Shown here: positions 53,798-64,000 of the stretch, piece by piece | Layout of the letters: each line of letters starts with the position of its first letter | How positions within the stretch are numbered: position 1 is the first letter of the stretch | NCBI GenBank assembly: GCA_026770705.1 | Contig: JANJGN010000020.1 | Location: 86,862,001-86,926,000 of the forward strand | Length of the DNA stretch: 64,000 nt | Source of the DNA: Isurus oxyrinchus | Lineage: Eukaryota | Direction: 5' to 3' | Program-made: the position numbers and the translations under genes | Notes under the pieces: model-generated | What the model saw: the letters and a program-made list of their open reading frames with translations, nothing else | What the model was told of the DNA's origin: nothing | Database searches by the model: none

Positions 53798-54724
53798 TTG
53801 AATAAGGCTGTGGTGAGGCCTGAAGCCAAGAGGCTATGATGGAACCTGAGCTGAGGACCTGTGAACAAGTTATTGATGTGTAGATTTCATTTGATCGTAC
53901 AGTCCATGACTCTTTCCATAACTTAATTGAGGATTGAAAGTGGCTGATAGGGTGGTAATTAACTGACAGAATTAGACTTGTCCAACTAGTGTTTTCAATA
54001 GGACACACCTAAGGAGAAATCTGCAGGGTTGACTGGAGTGAGATTGCCCAAGTACTCTGGTATATGTCCTGGCTCATTAAAGGTTGGTCTGCCCCATTTT
54101 CCTTTTTACTGGACTCTGTAGTAGTAGTTTTACAATTGAATGGCTTGGCAAACCATGCTGGAGTTTAACAACAGTCAACTGCATTGTATGGGACAGGAGA
54201 CAGATAGACCAGACAAGGGTAAAAATAGCAAGCTCTCGTCTGGAGAGAAAATAAACAAGTTGAATTTTTGTGTGGAGCACACTTTTTTTCCAGATAAACA
54301 GCAAAAGCTGGAGGGTAGGTCTCCAGCATATTGTATTTCTCCAGTAATGACTGGCAAAGGCGAGGGCAGATCCCTTGCTCATTCTGCAAGGGAAACCCTG
54401 ATTGGAACAGAGGGCATAAAAGAAAATACTTCACAAAATAAGCAGAATATAAGATTAAAATGAAAACCAAACATCCTTCACCAATTTCTGTAAATGTTTA
54501 AAACCATTTCATTGGTATAAGGGTTTTCTGGGTTTCAAAGCTTCTAAGAAGTTAATAGAGAAATAAATATTACACAACTGCTGTGATCAAGCCTCAATGT
54601 GTAGGGATTTTGAGACAAAATTGAATTTCAAGATGTTAAATGACTTGCTTTGAATTTGTTGTTGGAAAAATTGAGTTTATATACTTCTGATGGTTTGTAT
54701 AAAATTATCTTGAGTATTGCTGAA

Positions 54725-55620
54725 AAAAAAGACATGTCTAAGCTTTTCATCTTGCATTCACCTGGACACTTCACAGGAATAACAATATAAAGGGAAAACA
54801 ACAATTTAGACTGTATGTGAAGAAAGTGCTGATTGGTTGGCAAGTGGCATTGCCATGGAGAATGTACCAGTGATGGTGTCTGACAGTCAACTGCCAAGCA
54901 TTGCGTTAAATTTAAATCAGGCAGCTTAACCTTGATTGGTCAAGACATTGTCCTGAGGAATGAGTCAGCAAATGGCTGTCACTTATTTTGTTCAGCTGAA
55001 ACAGGCACAATGTGTGTACATTTTCTTTCTGTCTGCAACGAACAGGGCCCTATGTACTAATATATGTAACTTCCAATACACACAAATGCACCGCATTGTT
55101 AGCCCAATTCACCAAGCCTTCCAAACCCACAACCTACCACCTAGAAGGACAAGGGCAGCAGATAGATGGGAACACCACCTCCTGGAAGTTTCCCTCCAAG
55201 TCACACTCCGTCCTGACTTGGAAATATATCACCATTCCTTCACTGTCGCTGGGTCAAAATCCTGGAACTACCTTCCTAACAACACTGTGGGTGTATCTAC
55301 ACCACATGGACTGCAGCGGTTCAAGAAGGCAGCTCACCACCATCTTCTCAAGGGCAGCTAGGGATGGGCAATAAATGCTGGCCCAGCCAGCGAAGCCCAC
55401 ATCCCATTAATGAATTTTTTTAAAAATTGGTTGTTAGCGTAATTCTTAGCACACTGAGGATAATTTAGCAAATGTTTTCCAATCGCAGAATCACACTTGT
55501 TGGACACTGTTTTGAGTTTTGCAAGCACGGGCTGGTTGGGTACAGCCTGTATCCTGCCCATTGTGGACAGCGGCTGGGATATGCTGTTTGATATGATCTG
55601 CCAGTCTTTACAAGTGATCC
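54725..55620 (-). mobile_element. Second Penelope-like family: GIY-YIG C-terminus + 3'UTR, interrupted by a family B LINE tail
   Basis: KCDSAIGKHLLNYPQCAKNYANNQF (55420-55505), resuming as VHLCVLEVTYIST*GPVRCRQKE (~55020-55095); decayed hammerhead at 54734-54769. Confidence 0.75.
55105..55420 (+). mobile_element. Family B LINE 3' end
   Basis: GLQRFKKAAHHHLLKG + GGGATGGGCAATAAATGCTGGCC..CCCACATCCC tail. Confidence 0.88.
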
Positions 55621-56544
55621 ATCAGATTGCAGAAGGAAATTGACACAGTTGCTATCCTACATTTGCAAGCTTTCTTAACATATTGGTACCAATCTGTCTG
55701 AAGGGTTGATTCATAAAAATGAAATAAGTCTTACGCCAGTGACAGAGATGTAAACCATCAGCAACTCATACTTGCACTACTTGGAATACAGCTCAAAATG
55801 CTCTCTTCGTACACAACCCCACTTTAAAAGGACCAAATCTGCAACTGGACTGCTAGATGTTTTTCACCATTCAAGTGGATATCTAGCCATATTTAAAAAT
55901 CCTGCATGTATTCTTCATCAACATCTTTCCATTAAAGATTCCGATGATAACATTTCTAATGGCAACTTTTTATGATGTCATTCTGTAATCAAACCAGTAG
56001 AGGTGCTCCAGTGCTGTCACAGTCAGGAGATGTAGTTATTTCTGGCTTTTCTCATTGTCCGTATGGACATAGGAATTTATAATAAAATATAAGATGACGA
56101 TGTATGACTATGAATTATGTCGACACTCCCTTGCCTAATTATTTTCTATCCTGTAATTCTTCACCTGAAGACTGCACTTGATCTTGACTTCTGTATGCAG
56201 TGCAATACCACAGATTGACTAATAATTGTAAAATATATCACACAATTCACTGAAACCCTCATGGCAATGGATTTGGCTCATGTTTTCATGATAGTTCCAT
56301 TCTTTTGCAATTTGATTTTTGCAGTGCAATTGTTTTTTTAATCTCATTTCTTTAACTTCTCTGAATACATAGATAAACAGGAGCTACAGCAACCAAAGTA
56401 GAGAATGTCATCCACTAATTGGAGGAAATAATTGTGGCAACATGAATGTCACTTTTTACCCTCCAATTTTCAGTCTTCCATTCCTAAACACTGATTTGTG
56501 ATGGGGGAGGGGTGAGATGGGGTGGATGTTGACTGTAACTTGGT

Positions 56545-56825
56545 CATACTTTTGTTGTTAAGTCAGAAGATTTATGGATTCAAATCCCAAGCCAGCGACT
56601 TGAGCTCAACGCCTAGACTGACACACAAATGCAGCATTGAAGTTCTGCACTGCCGAGTGCCTGATCTTTCAGATGAGGTGTTGCTAAAACCCTGTCTGCC
56701 CCCTTGTGTGGACATAAAAGATACCCTGGCGCACAATTTTAAAGAGCAGGGGAATTGTCCTGGTGTCCTGGCCAATTTTTATCCCTCAGCCAAGATCACT
56801 AAAACAATAGGGAACCAGACAATCC
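56545..56825 (+). mobile_element. DeuSINE-like SINE (tRNA head + Deu domain; SacSINE1/AmnSINE1 type)
   Basis: B-box-like gattcaaatccc, then ctttcagatgag..gtggacataaaagataccctggc..gagcagggg..ggtgtcctggccaa, resembling the Deu domain as I recall it. Confidence 0.7.
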
Positions 56826-56834
56826 TTATCACTG

Positions 56835-56937
56835 ACACAAAAACAGAATTACCTGGAAAAACTCAGCAGGTCTGGCAGCATCGGCGGAGAAGAAAAGAGT
56901 TGACGTTTCGAGTCCTCATGACCCTTCAACAGAACGG
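56835..56937 (-). mobile_element. Penelope-like ~100-bp terminal module, 14-bp TSD with 1 mismatch
   Basis: aatccttatcactg 56821-56834 / aatccttattactg 56938-56951; the copy ends at the hammerhead 5' edge. Confidence 0.85.
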
Positions 56938-56971
56938 AATCCTTATTACTGCATTGTTAAGCTCCAGTAGC

Positions 56972-57149
56972 TGTTAGGCAATAAAGACCAAGACTGATTA
57001 CTTCAGGTAGAGTTTATTTTTAGTCCATAGGACTCTCTACAGACAGAACTAGTATCACCTGTTATCCTTTTTATACAACCAAATGGGTACGTAGGTTGTT
57101 AACTAATAATTAGCAATTGAACTCCTTCAATTGTTTTTTTTCCCTAACA
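56972..57149 (-). repeat. 3' LTR (178 bp) of the copia element, with PPT
   Basis: TGTTAGG...CCTAACA inverted termini; PPT aagaagagggga immediately upstream on the minus strand; TATAAAA and AATAAA on the minus strand. Confidence 0.8.
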
Positions 57150-58302
57150 GATTCCCCTCTTCTTAAAACAAAAGTAATCCTTAAGTTTATATAATCACAA
57201 TCAGTATATATTTTTCATTCAATATATTCACCTTATTCCCCTCAAAAAAAGAACATGTATAGATATGTCCATACAGAATATTTTTTTCTTCTGAAAAAGG
57301 CGTCATCTTGGAGTTCGCTCCTCTTTTGGTGAAGCAGCCAGATGATTGGTAGCTGCTATCAATCCATTTGGATCTTGGCAATCCTCCTTATTCTCAAGCG
57401 TCTGTTTTAAGTTTGCAATGTCAATTCATAATCTCTTCTCCTTAACGCACTTTGTAGAGTGAACATTTTCCCCAAAGTGACTTATTATCTATAAGACACT
57501 TGATAAGTATTGTTCCTGAATACCCTCTTCCATTTAAAATTTCTGCCAGTATCATTGATATAAAGAATGTCATATCTACTGCCTCAACAAGAGTGAGAGT
57601 CTCCGCTGCCCAACGTACTTTTAAAAACTTTTTGTACCTTTTTTAAATTCTCATGCCAGAGGGCAGCATTTGCCTTTTTCCCCTATGAAAAATATTATAA
57701 ATCCTCCTGCACTCGAAAATCTATTACGTAGATTTGCATAACATGCATCACTGAACTCAATCAGTTTCATTTTTCTAACATCACCCAAAGATGGGAATTT
57801 CAAAACACACTGCTCTGTTTTTAATTTTGTCAATATTTTGTTTGCCCAAATGATTTCTTCAATCTTGGGATCATTCATTTTAGTGCTCAATTCCAAAACG
57901 TCAAAACTGAAGTCTGGCCTTGTTCGTTTGCCTAGCCAATTGAGGTGCCCAATTTGACTTCTGAGTTCCTTTTTCTGTTTTAGAAGCCACTGTATCTTTC
58001 TGGGAGGCCATACCATGACTAATTGTAATGGGATTGACGTTCTCTAAGTAGGATTGCTGATGTAAAAGTATGTGTGATTCACTCTGCCTGATTTCCAATC
58101 CAGTATACAATGCACCAGAAGCCTGACCTCCAATTTTAAACTCCGTTCTGAGCCCATTAATGACAACCATTTCAAATTCGCTACTACCACCCCACAAAAA
58201 ATGTAGATTATAAAGATGCCTGCAAGTTTCCCTCCATGGTGCCAATAAAAAATTGCCAGGTCTGCTGCCAACTGAGGACAGCCCAACTTTAACAAAACTG
58301 AG

Positions 58303-58534
58303 GTAAAAGCAAAAAACTGCGGATGCTGGAAATCCAAAACAAAAACAAAAATACCTGGAAAAACTCAGCACATCTGGCAGCATCTGCAGAGAGGAGCACA
58401 GTTAACATTTCAAGTCTGAATGACCCTTCAACAGAACAGTTCTGTTGAAGGTTCATTCGGACTCGAAACGTTAACTGTGCTCCTCTCAGCAGATGTTGCC
58501 AGACCTGCTGAGTTTTTCCAGGTGTTTTTGTTTT
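58303..58534. mobile_element. Penelope-like palindromic module inserted in copia RT, 11-bp TSD
   Basis: TSD acaaaactgag at 58292-58302 / 58535-58545; removing the insert restores VWYFSVSSVLLKLGC; palindrome centre cagaac-a-gttctg. Confidence 0.9.
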
Positions 58535-61500
58535 ACAAAACTGAGCTCACTGAGAAATACCAAACTCGAAGCGCCATTTAAACCATTTACGCACTTATTT
58601 AGCTTCCAGAGAGTGTCTTCTGCGTTTGGCGCCTCTTTCGGTGGACAGAGAAAAACTTCCCTTTGAAGTTAATGTCCCTGCAAAAAGGCATCTTTAATAT
58701 CAGTGGAATAACAGTCCCAAGCATTTGTAGCTAATAGACCCAAAAAAATCTTCAGCATAATCGTTCTGCTGTAAGCGAATGTACTCTTACATCCTCGTCA
58801 GCCATTTTTTCTTCAAACCCTCGTGTCACTAATCTGCCTTCAGCTTTGTAAGCCCCGTTAGGAAGCACCTTTTCCATGCAGAGGCAGAGTTGATTATCCC
58901 CTATTTCGCACCTCTGTGTATACCCCAAATTCTTTCCAACTATGTAGTTCTAGCTTTGGCCTTTATTAATCCTTTATTAATTTATCATCTAATTTGTTTG
59001 GAGCTACTAAGACTTCTCGATCACATGGGCTTCTGCTCCTTGTAGCATTACCAGTCTCAGCCATATTTCTTGACCTTGTTAAGCTACGCCATCTATCCTG
59101 CCTTCTATCACACTCGACTGTTCCTGTTTGATCTCCCGCTCCCATTTATAGATGTTCTTTCAATAGTTCGCGATCTCTTCCTGAAGGCATGTTCACTCCC
59201 AGATCCACTGTTGAACTGATATTATGTTTCCATGCCTTCCATTTTTATACTTCATGTTCCCAATGCATAAGTTCAATCTCCTATCCTTCATTTTGTACAT
59301 TCCAGTGGCCTTCCCTGCTCTACCTACAAATGTTGCATCCTGCTGTTGATTGGTCCCTTCTGGCAAATATGTAACTTTAGTACCAGTTTTCAACAGTTGT
59401 CCTCTGGGACAAATTGCCTTATCTTGGTCATCCGAATTACAGCCTCCATCTTCAGATACCCTGTCAACTTCAGCTACCTGGCCCTCTCAATCATGGCTAT
59501 GATAAGTACATGATTCCTTGTCCCTTCCTACAACAGTCTCCAAATGCAAATTTGTAGTCCACACCAACTAACCTTGATGAGTGTTCCCAAATAGTCTGGT
59601 TCCCATGTTGTAAAAATAATTGTTTTACCATCTTTACCTATAATATTTCTCTGGCCTTTCTACTTGTTAAATCCCTCTCTTTTATAGTATACTCTGTCTC
59701 CCTGATTGAAAATAGATTTTGATGGCGTACATGATGTCTTAGAGCTCGCCGAATTCTTTCTGAAATTTTGGCTTTAAGGAACGTTCTCCTAATTGCGTGT
59801 AGTGCGTTTAAATGCTCAGAAAGGGTGGAGCTAATCATAGTGCCCTCAAGCTGGGGGATGATCAATCAGGTCTGAAGGAATTTTTTGGGTTTCTACCAAA
59901 AAACCAACTGATATGGACTATAGCCTCCAACCATCTGCAATGAATTCTTGGTATGGACAGCTCACACTAGAGCTGATAATTTGCAGTTTGGTCTATCTGC
60001 CAATATTTTACGAAGCATCTCATCTATCACCACGTGATTCCTTTCACACACTCTGTTACTAATAGGGCTCTCTGCTGCTCTATTAATAATGATTATATTC
60101 ACGTTTTTTCATATAACCCAAAACTCATCGTTAGTGAACTCCCACCCCATTACTCGTGAGGAGTTTTGCCACTGGTCCCAATCCGGTCCTTATCCACTTT
60201 TCCATTATCTGATCCACAATTATTTTCTTTTCTTTACTATGTATGATTGTCATCTGGCTAAACCTTGTGGCCAAATCGACGAAATGCAACTGCATTGAAA
60301 TCCCTCGCTAAGGGTCGACTCACTATGGGCTGCGACAGTGTCTTTTTGGATTTCTTATATATATCACATCTATGGCTTATCTCCTCTATAAGTTTAGTGT
60401 GCTCTCCATCCCTTAGCAAATTTTTTAATCTTTGTGAAGAACCTTTGTGGGCAAACTGCTGATGCAATTTTAACACAATTAGCTTTTTGTTTTCTAAATT
60501 CCTATCCCCTGATGCTAATAACACTTCTTTAGTCTCCTTAGTAGAAAAGTTAGGTTTCATTGAAGGAAGACAGTAGTGTTCAGATTGTGTAAATTGCAAA
60601 TCCACAGTTTTTCCAAATACAATAGCTTTGTTATTCCCCATGTCCAGCTTCATTTGCACTTTTTTCATCGATGACCTCAACAGCAACGATATTTCACGGG
60701 ACACTACGTCAGTACTGATGAAATGATTGATTCCAGCTATCTTACAGGGAATTATTACCCTTTTTAAAGATTTTAGGGTATTATCATCTCCAAATCTAAA
60801 GCTGGTGGAACTCTCAAATTCCTTAACCTTATTCCTTGTCATTTAAGGAGTCCAGGTAGTATTTTAACCAGTCTATTCCACAGAATGTAGACGTGCATCC
60901 TCCATCTAGCACCACACAGTTGAAGGATTCTGCAACCAAGACATTCATTACTGGGCTGAAACTTCATATAACCAATACAATGCCCTCTCTTTGGTCAATA
61001 TCTCCATCTTCTTCCGAGTCTTGTCTCATGTTTAATTTTGAACACATTATACCATTTAGGACAGTTCATTGTATAATTTTATTTTGAATTGCATCTAAAA
61101 CACCGATTGACCACACCCTGGGCCTTTCTGGGGCTCATCTTTTGTTGTTATTCCCCAATTCTGTTCTCCTGCCATAATTGTCAAAGGTGTTTCTATCCTC
61201 GTTGTTTCTAGTTACATATCTCCTTTCGTACTGATGCCTGCATCCTGTTTCTAGACAATCTCGCCATCCTGTTCACGTTGTATCCTCCATTTTCTGTCTT
61301 GCCACTGAATGACACATTTGCACCATGAATGCTGCCAAGAAGGAATGTTTTCCGAGAATTTTTTTTTAGATCTTCTGACATCTGTTCTAGCAGTGTATGT
61401 CTTTCTGCAAATTTAACTCCCATCAAAACTAGAAACCTGTCTGTATTCGATGCTCTGGCGCGGTCAGTAACTGAAATGCCAGCACGAATTGCAAAAATTC

Positions 61501-61849
61501 CATCTGGAAATTCCCCAAGTAGACATTAGAGCAAGCTCAAAGTTAATCTTGCCCAATGCCTTTGCATGTTTGCTTTCTAGTGGAGGGAAGGGTTTGGTGG
61601 TCACAGGGTGTTTAATGAGGGGCATGAATGATGTCTGAATGTTTAAACCTTTTCTCCCCACTCCCGATCCCCAACTTGTAGCACTTAGTGCTCATCAGCT
61701 GAAATCTTCCAACTTAGAACTGACTTGTCATGTTATTCATGCTGCTTCTCAGCACATTGGATTTGAATGTTGAACCTTTTCAGTTACTTGAAACTGGTAT
61801 TGGTCTTAGACCAGAAACCGGATTGAACTGAAGTTTTCATCCATAATGA

Positions 61850-62070
61850 ACATAGGAAATAGGAGCTGGAGCAGGCCATTTGGCCTTTCTACCTCAATAC
61901 TACCTTTCCCCTATCATTTAATTCCCTTAGTACAGAAAAATAAATTGACCTGTTTTGAGCATACTCAATGACTGGAAATCCACAACACTCTGGGGTATAG
62001 AATTCAAAAGATTCACCACCCGTTAAATCAAGAAAATTCTTCTCATTTCAGTTCTCAATGGCTGATCCTG
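61850..62070 (-). mobile_element. CR1 3' end fragment
   Basis: aacataggaaataggagctggagcaggccatt tail motif. Confidence 0.7.
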
Positions 62071-62580
62071 TATTCTTTGCAGAATGGATATCAAATGTAT
62101 CTGAGTCAATTTATGTGAATTCTTTGGCTGCTTATAAAGTTATTAAGGTTATTAAACACTTGTTTAATTCTCTCAACTTTACAACAAGCCAAAATATTCA
62201 CATAAGGGAATTGAGGAACTGCCTTCATTTGCTAAAAATTGTCTCCAACAGATGTGAACTTCCATAGATTGTGTGGAGTTGGTTCTCTTAGTTATTCTCA
62301 CCTATGTATAGAACTGACATTTGCAATTGCTTCCCAGTCCAATGCACAGGAATAATGAATAGTTTATAGTTGACAAGCTACTGAGTTGACAGCCACATTA
62401 AAATACAATCAACTGTTCTGTTAGTCAAGTGTAGGTTCCAATCAGGTGGCTTTTGCACCAGCAAACCTTGCTATTAATTTATCTTAATTAACTTTATACT
62501 CACAGCTTTGATTAGTCACATATCTTTTTATTTTTGTTCCACATATATCCAGTTTTCATCTGACAATATTTTTCTTTCAG

Positions 62581-62609
62581 ATTTTTTCGAAGTATGGCAC
62601 AGTGGTCAA
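62581..62609 (+). CDS. ZCRB1: ZCRB1 29-nt coding micro-exon (IFSKYGTVV-K)
   Basis: tttctttcag|ATTTTTTCGAAGTATGGCACAGTGGTCAA|gtaagt continues in frame from the previous exon and matches IFSKYGKVVK. The gene continues right of the window. Confidence 0.93.
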
Positions 62610-62950
62610 GTAAGTGAAACATAATTTATGTTATTGGAAATTCTCCTGTGTAAATGTCAAGTATTGAGGGAATGAAAAAAATTAAAAAATTTTTTTGTTT
62701 TAATAAGAATTGACCTGACAAAAACTTACAGGATCAAATGTTTGTTAAAACGATATGCCAAAACGATGAAAAATAATGAAACAATGTTGATGTATCATGA
62801 GTTAAATATTGTAAACTTGGTCTTGACATTCAGAATCTTGCTCTGGCACTTCTGAAATGAAATAAATCTGCAAGCCCATATTTGCATATTCTGCAAGTCC
62901 TCAGTCTTTTCTACGTGCTCCCTCTGTCCATCATCAGGTGATCTCAGAGA

Positions 62951-63988
62951 TAAAAACAAAAAAACTGCAGATGCTGGAAATCCAAAACAAAAACAGAATT
63001 ACCTGGAAAAACTCAGCAGGTCCGGCAGCATCAGCGGAGAAGAAAAGAGTTGACGTTTCGAGTCCTCATGACCCTTCGACAGAACTTGAGTTTGAATCCA
63101 AGAAAGAGTTGAAATATAAGCTGGTTTAAGGTGTGTGTGTGGGGGGCGGAGAGATAGAGAGAGAGAGAGAAGTGGGGGGGTGGGGGGCGGTGGGTGTGTG
63201 GTTGTGGGGACAAACAAGCAGTGATAGAAGCAGATCATCAAAAGATGTCAACGACAATGGTACAATAGAACACATAGGTGTTAAAGTTGGTGATATTATC
63301 TAAACGAATGTGCTAATTAAGAATGGATGGTAGGGCACTCAAGGTATAGCTCTAGTGGGGGTGTTTTTTTATTATATAATGGAAATAGGTGGGAAAAGGA
63401 AAATCTTTATAATTTATTGGAAAAAAAAGGAAGGGGGAAACAGAAAGGGGGTGGGGATGGGGGAGGGAGCTCACGACCTAAAGTTGTTGAATTCAATATT
63501 TCCCCCTTTTTTTTCCAATAAATTATAAAGATTTTCCTTTTCCCACCTATTTCCATTATATAATAAAAAAAACACCCCCACTAGAGCTATACCTTGAGTG
63601 CCCTACCATCCATTCTTAATTAGCACATTCGTTTAGATAATATCACCAACTTTAACTTTAACACCTATGTGTTCTATTGTACCATTGTCGTTGACATCTT
63701 TTGATGATCTGCTTCTATCACTGCTTGTTTGTCCACACAACCACACACCCACCGCCCCCCCCCCCCACCTCTCTATCTCTCCGCCCCCCACACACACACC
63801 TTAAACCAGCTTATATTTCAACTCTTTCTTGGATTCGAACTCAAGTTCTGTCGAAGGGTCATGAGGACTCGAAACGTCAACTCTTTTCTTCTCCGCCGAT
63901 GCTGCCAGACCTGCTGAGTTTTTCCAGGTAATTCGGTAATTCTGTTTTTGTTTTGGATTTCCAGCAACTGCAGTTTTTTTGTTTTTAT
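62951..63988. mobile_element. Young Penelope-like element: ~490-bp head-to-head inverted 3'UTR/pLTR arms around the ORF C-terminus
   Basis: Arms ~62951-63439 and ~63499-63988 are reverse complements. The spacer encodes NIEFNNFRS* on the minus strand (63471-63500), the type of ending I recall for GIY-YIG Penelope ORFs. Confidence 0.88.
63844..63882 (+). ncRNA. Minimal type-I hammerhead-like ribozyme motif (variant core); mirror copy on the minus strand at ~63047-63087
   Basis: Identical to 43976-44014. Confidence 0.7.
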
Positions 63989-64000
63989 AATTGAGTAAAC

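Larger units (their letters stand above)
56972..61520 (-). mobile_element. Decayed Ty1/copia LTR retrotransposon (gag-PR-IN-RT-RH), 5' end missing
   Basis: Order on the minus strand: PR VVLDGGCTSTFCG; IN zinc finger LHQQFAH; IN core ESPISNRVCERNH and GYSPYQLVF; RT RLVTRGFEE and DIKDAFLQG; RH FSDACYANL and AETLTLVEAVD. Many stops and frameshifts. Confidence 0.88.

Noticed and set aside
61520-62000. 5' LTR / PBS of the copia element
   Set aside because: No second copy of the 178-bp LTR seen; the element appears 5'-truncated.
42548-62580. U12-type intron in ZCRB1 (autoregulation idea)
   Set aside because: Donors are gtaaga and gtaagt, ordinary U2-type, with no RTATCCTT 5' splice site.
5134-63988. 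Recurrent near-identical repeat (ORFs 'WKNSAGPAASAEKKRVDVSSPHDPSTE' / 'MLPDLLSFSR') as a peptide gene family or CRISPR-like array
   Set aside because: Copies are dispersed, in both orientations, with individual TSDs, and are attached to a Penelope ORF end. This is a retroelement 3' terminus, not a coding family or spacer array.

Overview
Eukaryotic, repeat-rich vertebrate DNA. The repeat families point to a cartilaginous fish (shark/ray), which is an inference. Two host genes sit head-to-head around a CpG-island bidirectional promoter at ~28.7-29.8 kb. PPHLN1 (periphilin-1, a HUSH subunit) is on the - strand with three coding exons found. ZCRB1 (U11/U12 snRNP 31K) is on the + strand with two coding exons found. 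The introns hold many decayed CR1 LINEs, a second single-ORF LINE family with a tRNA-like 5' head, an RTE fragment, DeuSINE-like copies, a pogo DNA transposon with TIRs, a decayed Ty1/copia element with 3' LTR and PPT, solo LTRs and a MITE. The most striking feature is a set of about ten Penelope-like retroelement terminal modules. Several are head-to-head palindromes, six have 11-14 bp TSDs, and most carry a minimal type-I hammerhead ribozyme fold. The young family has a non-canonical core (CUGUYGA instead of CUGANGA), and its truncation/fold-back points cluster at the 5' edge of the ribozyme. Almost all ORFs in the supplied track are TE remnants or noise. All calls are by eye, with no database searches, and TE boundaries are approximate unless a TSD or TIR is given.
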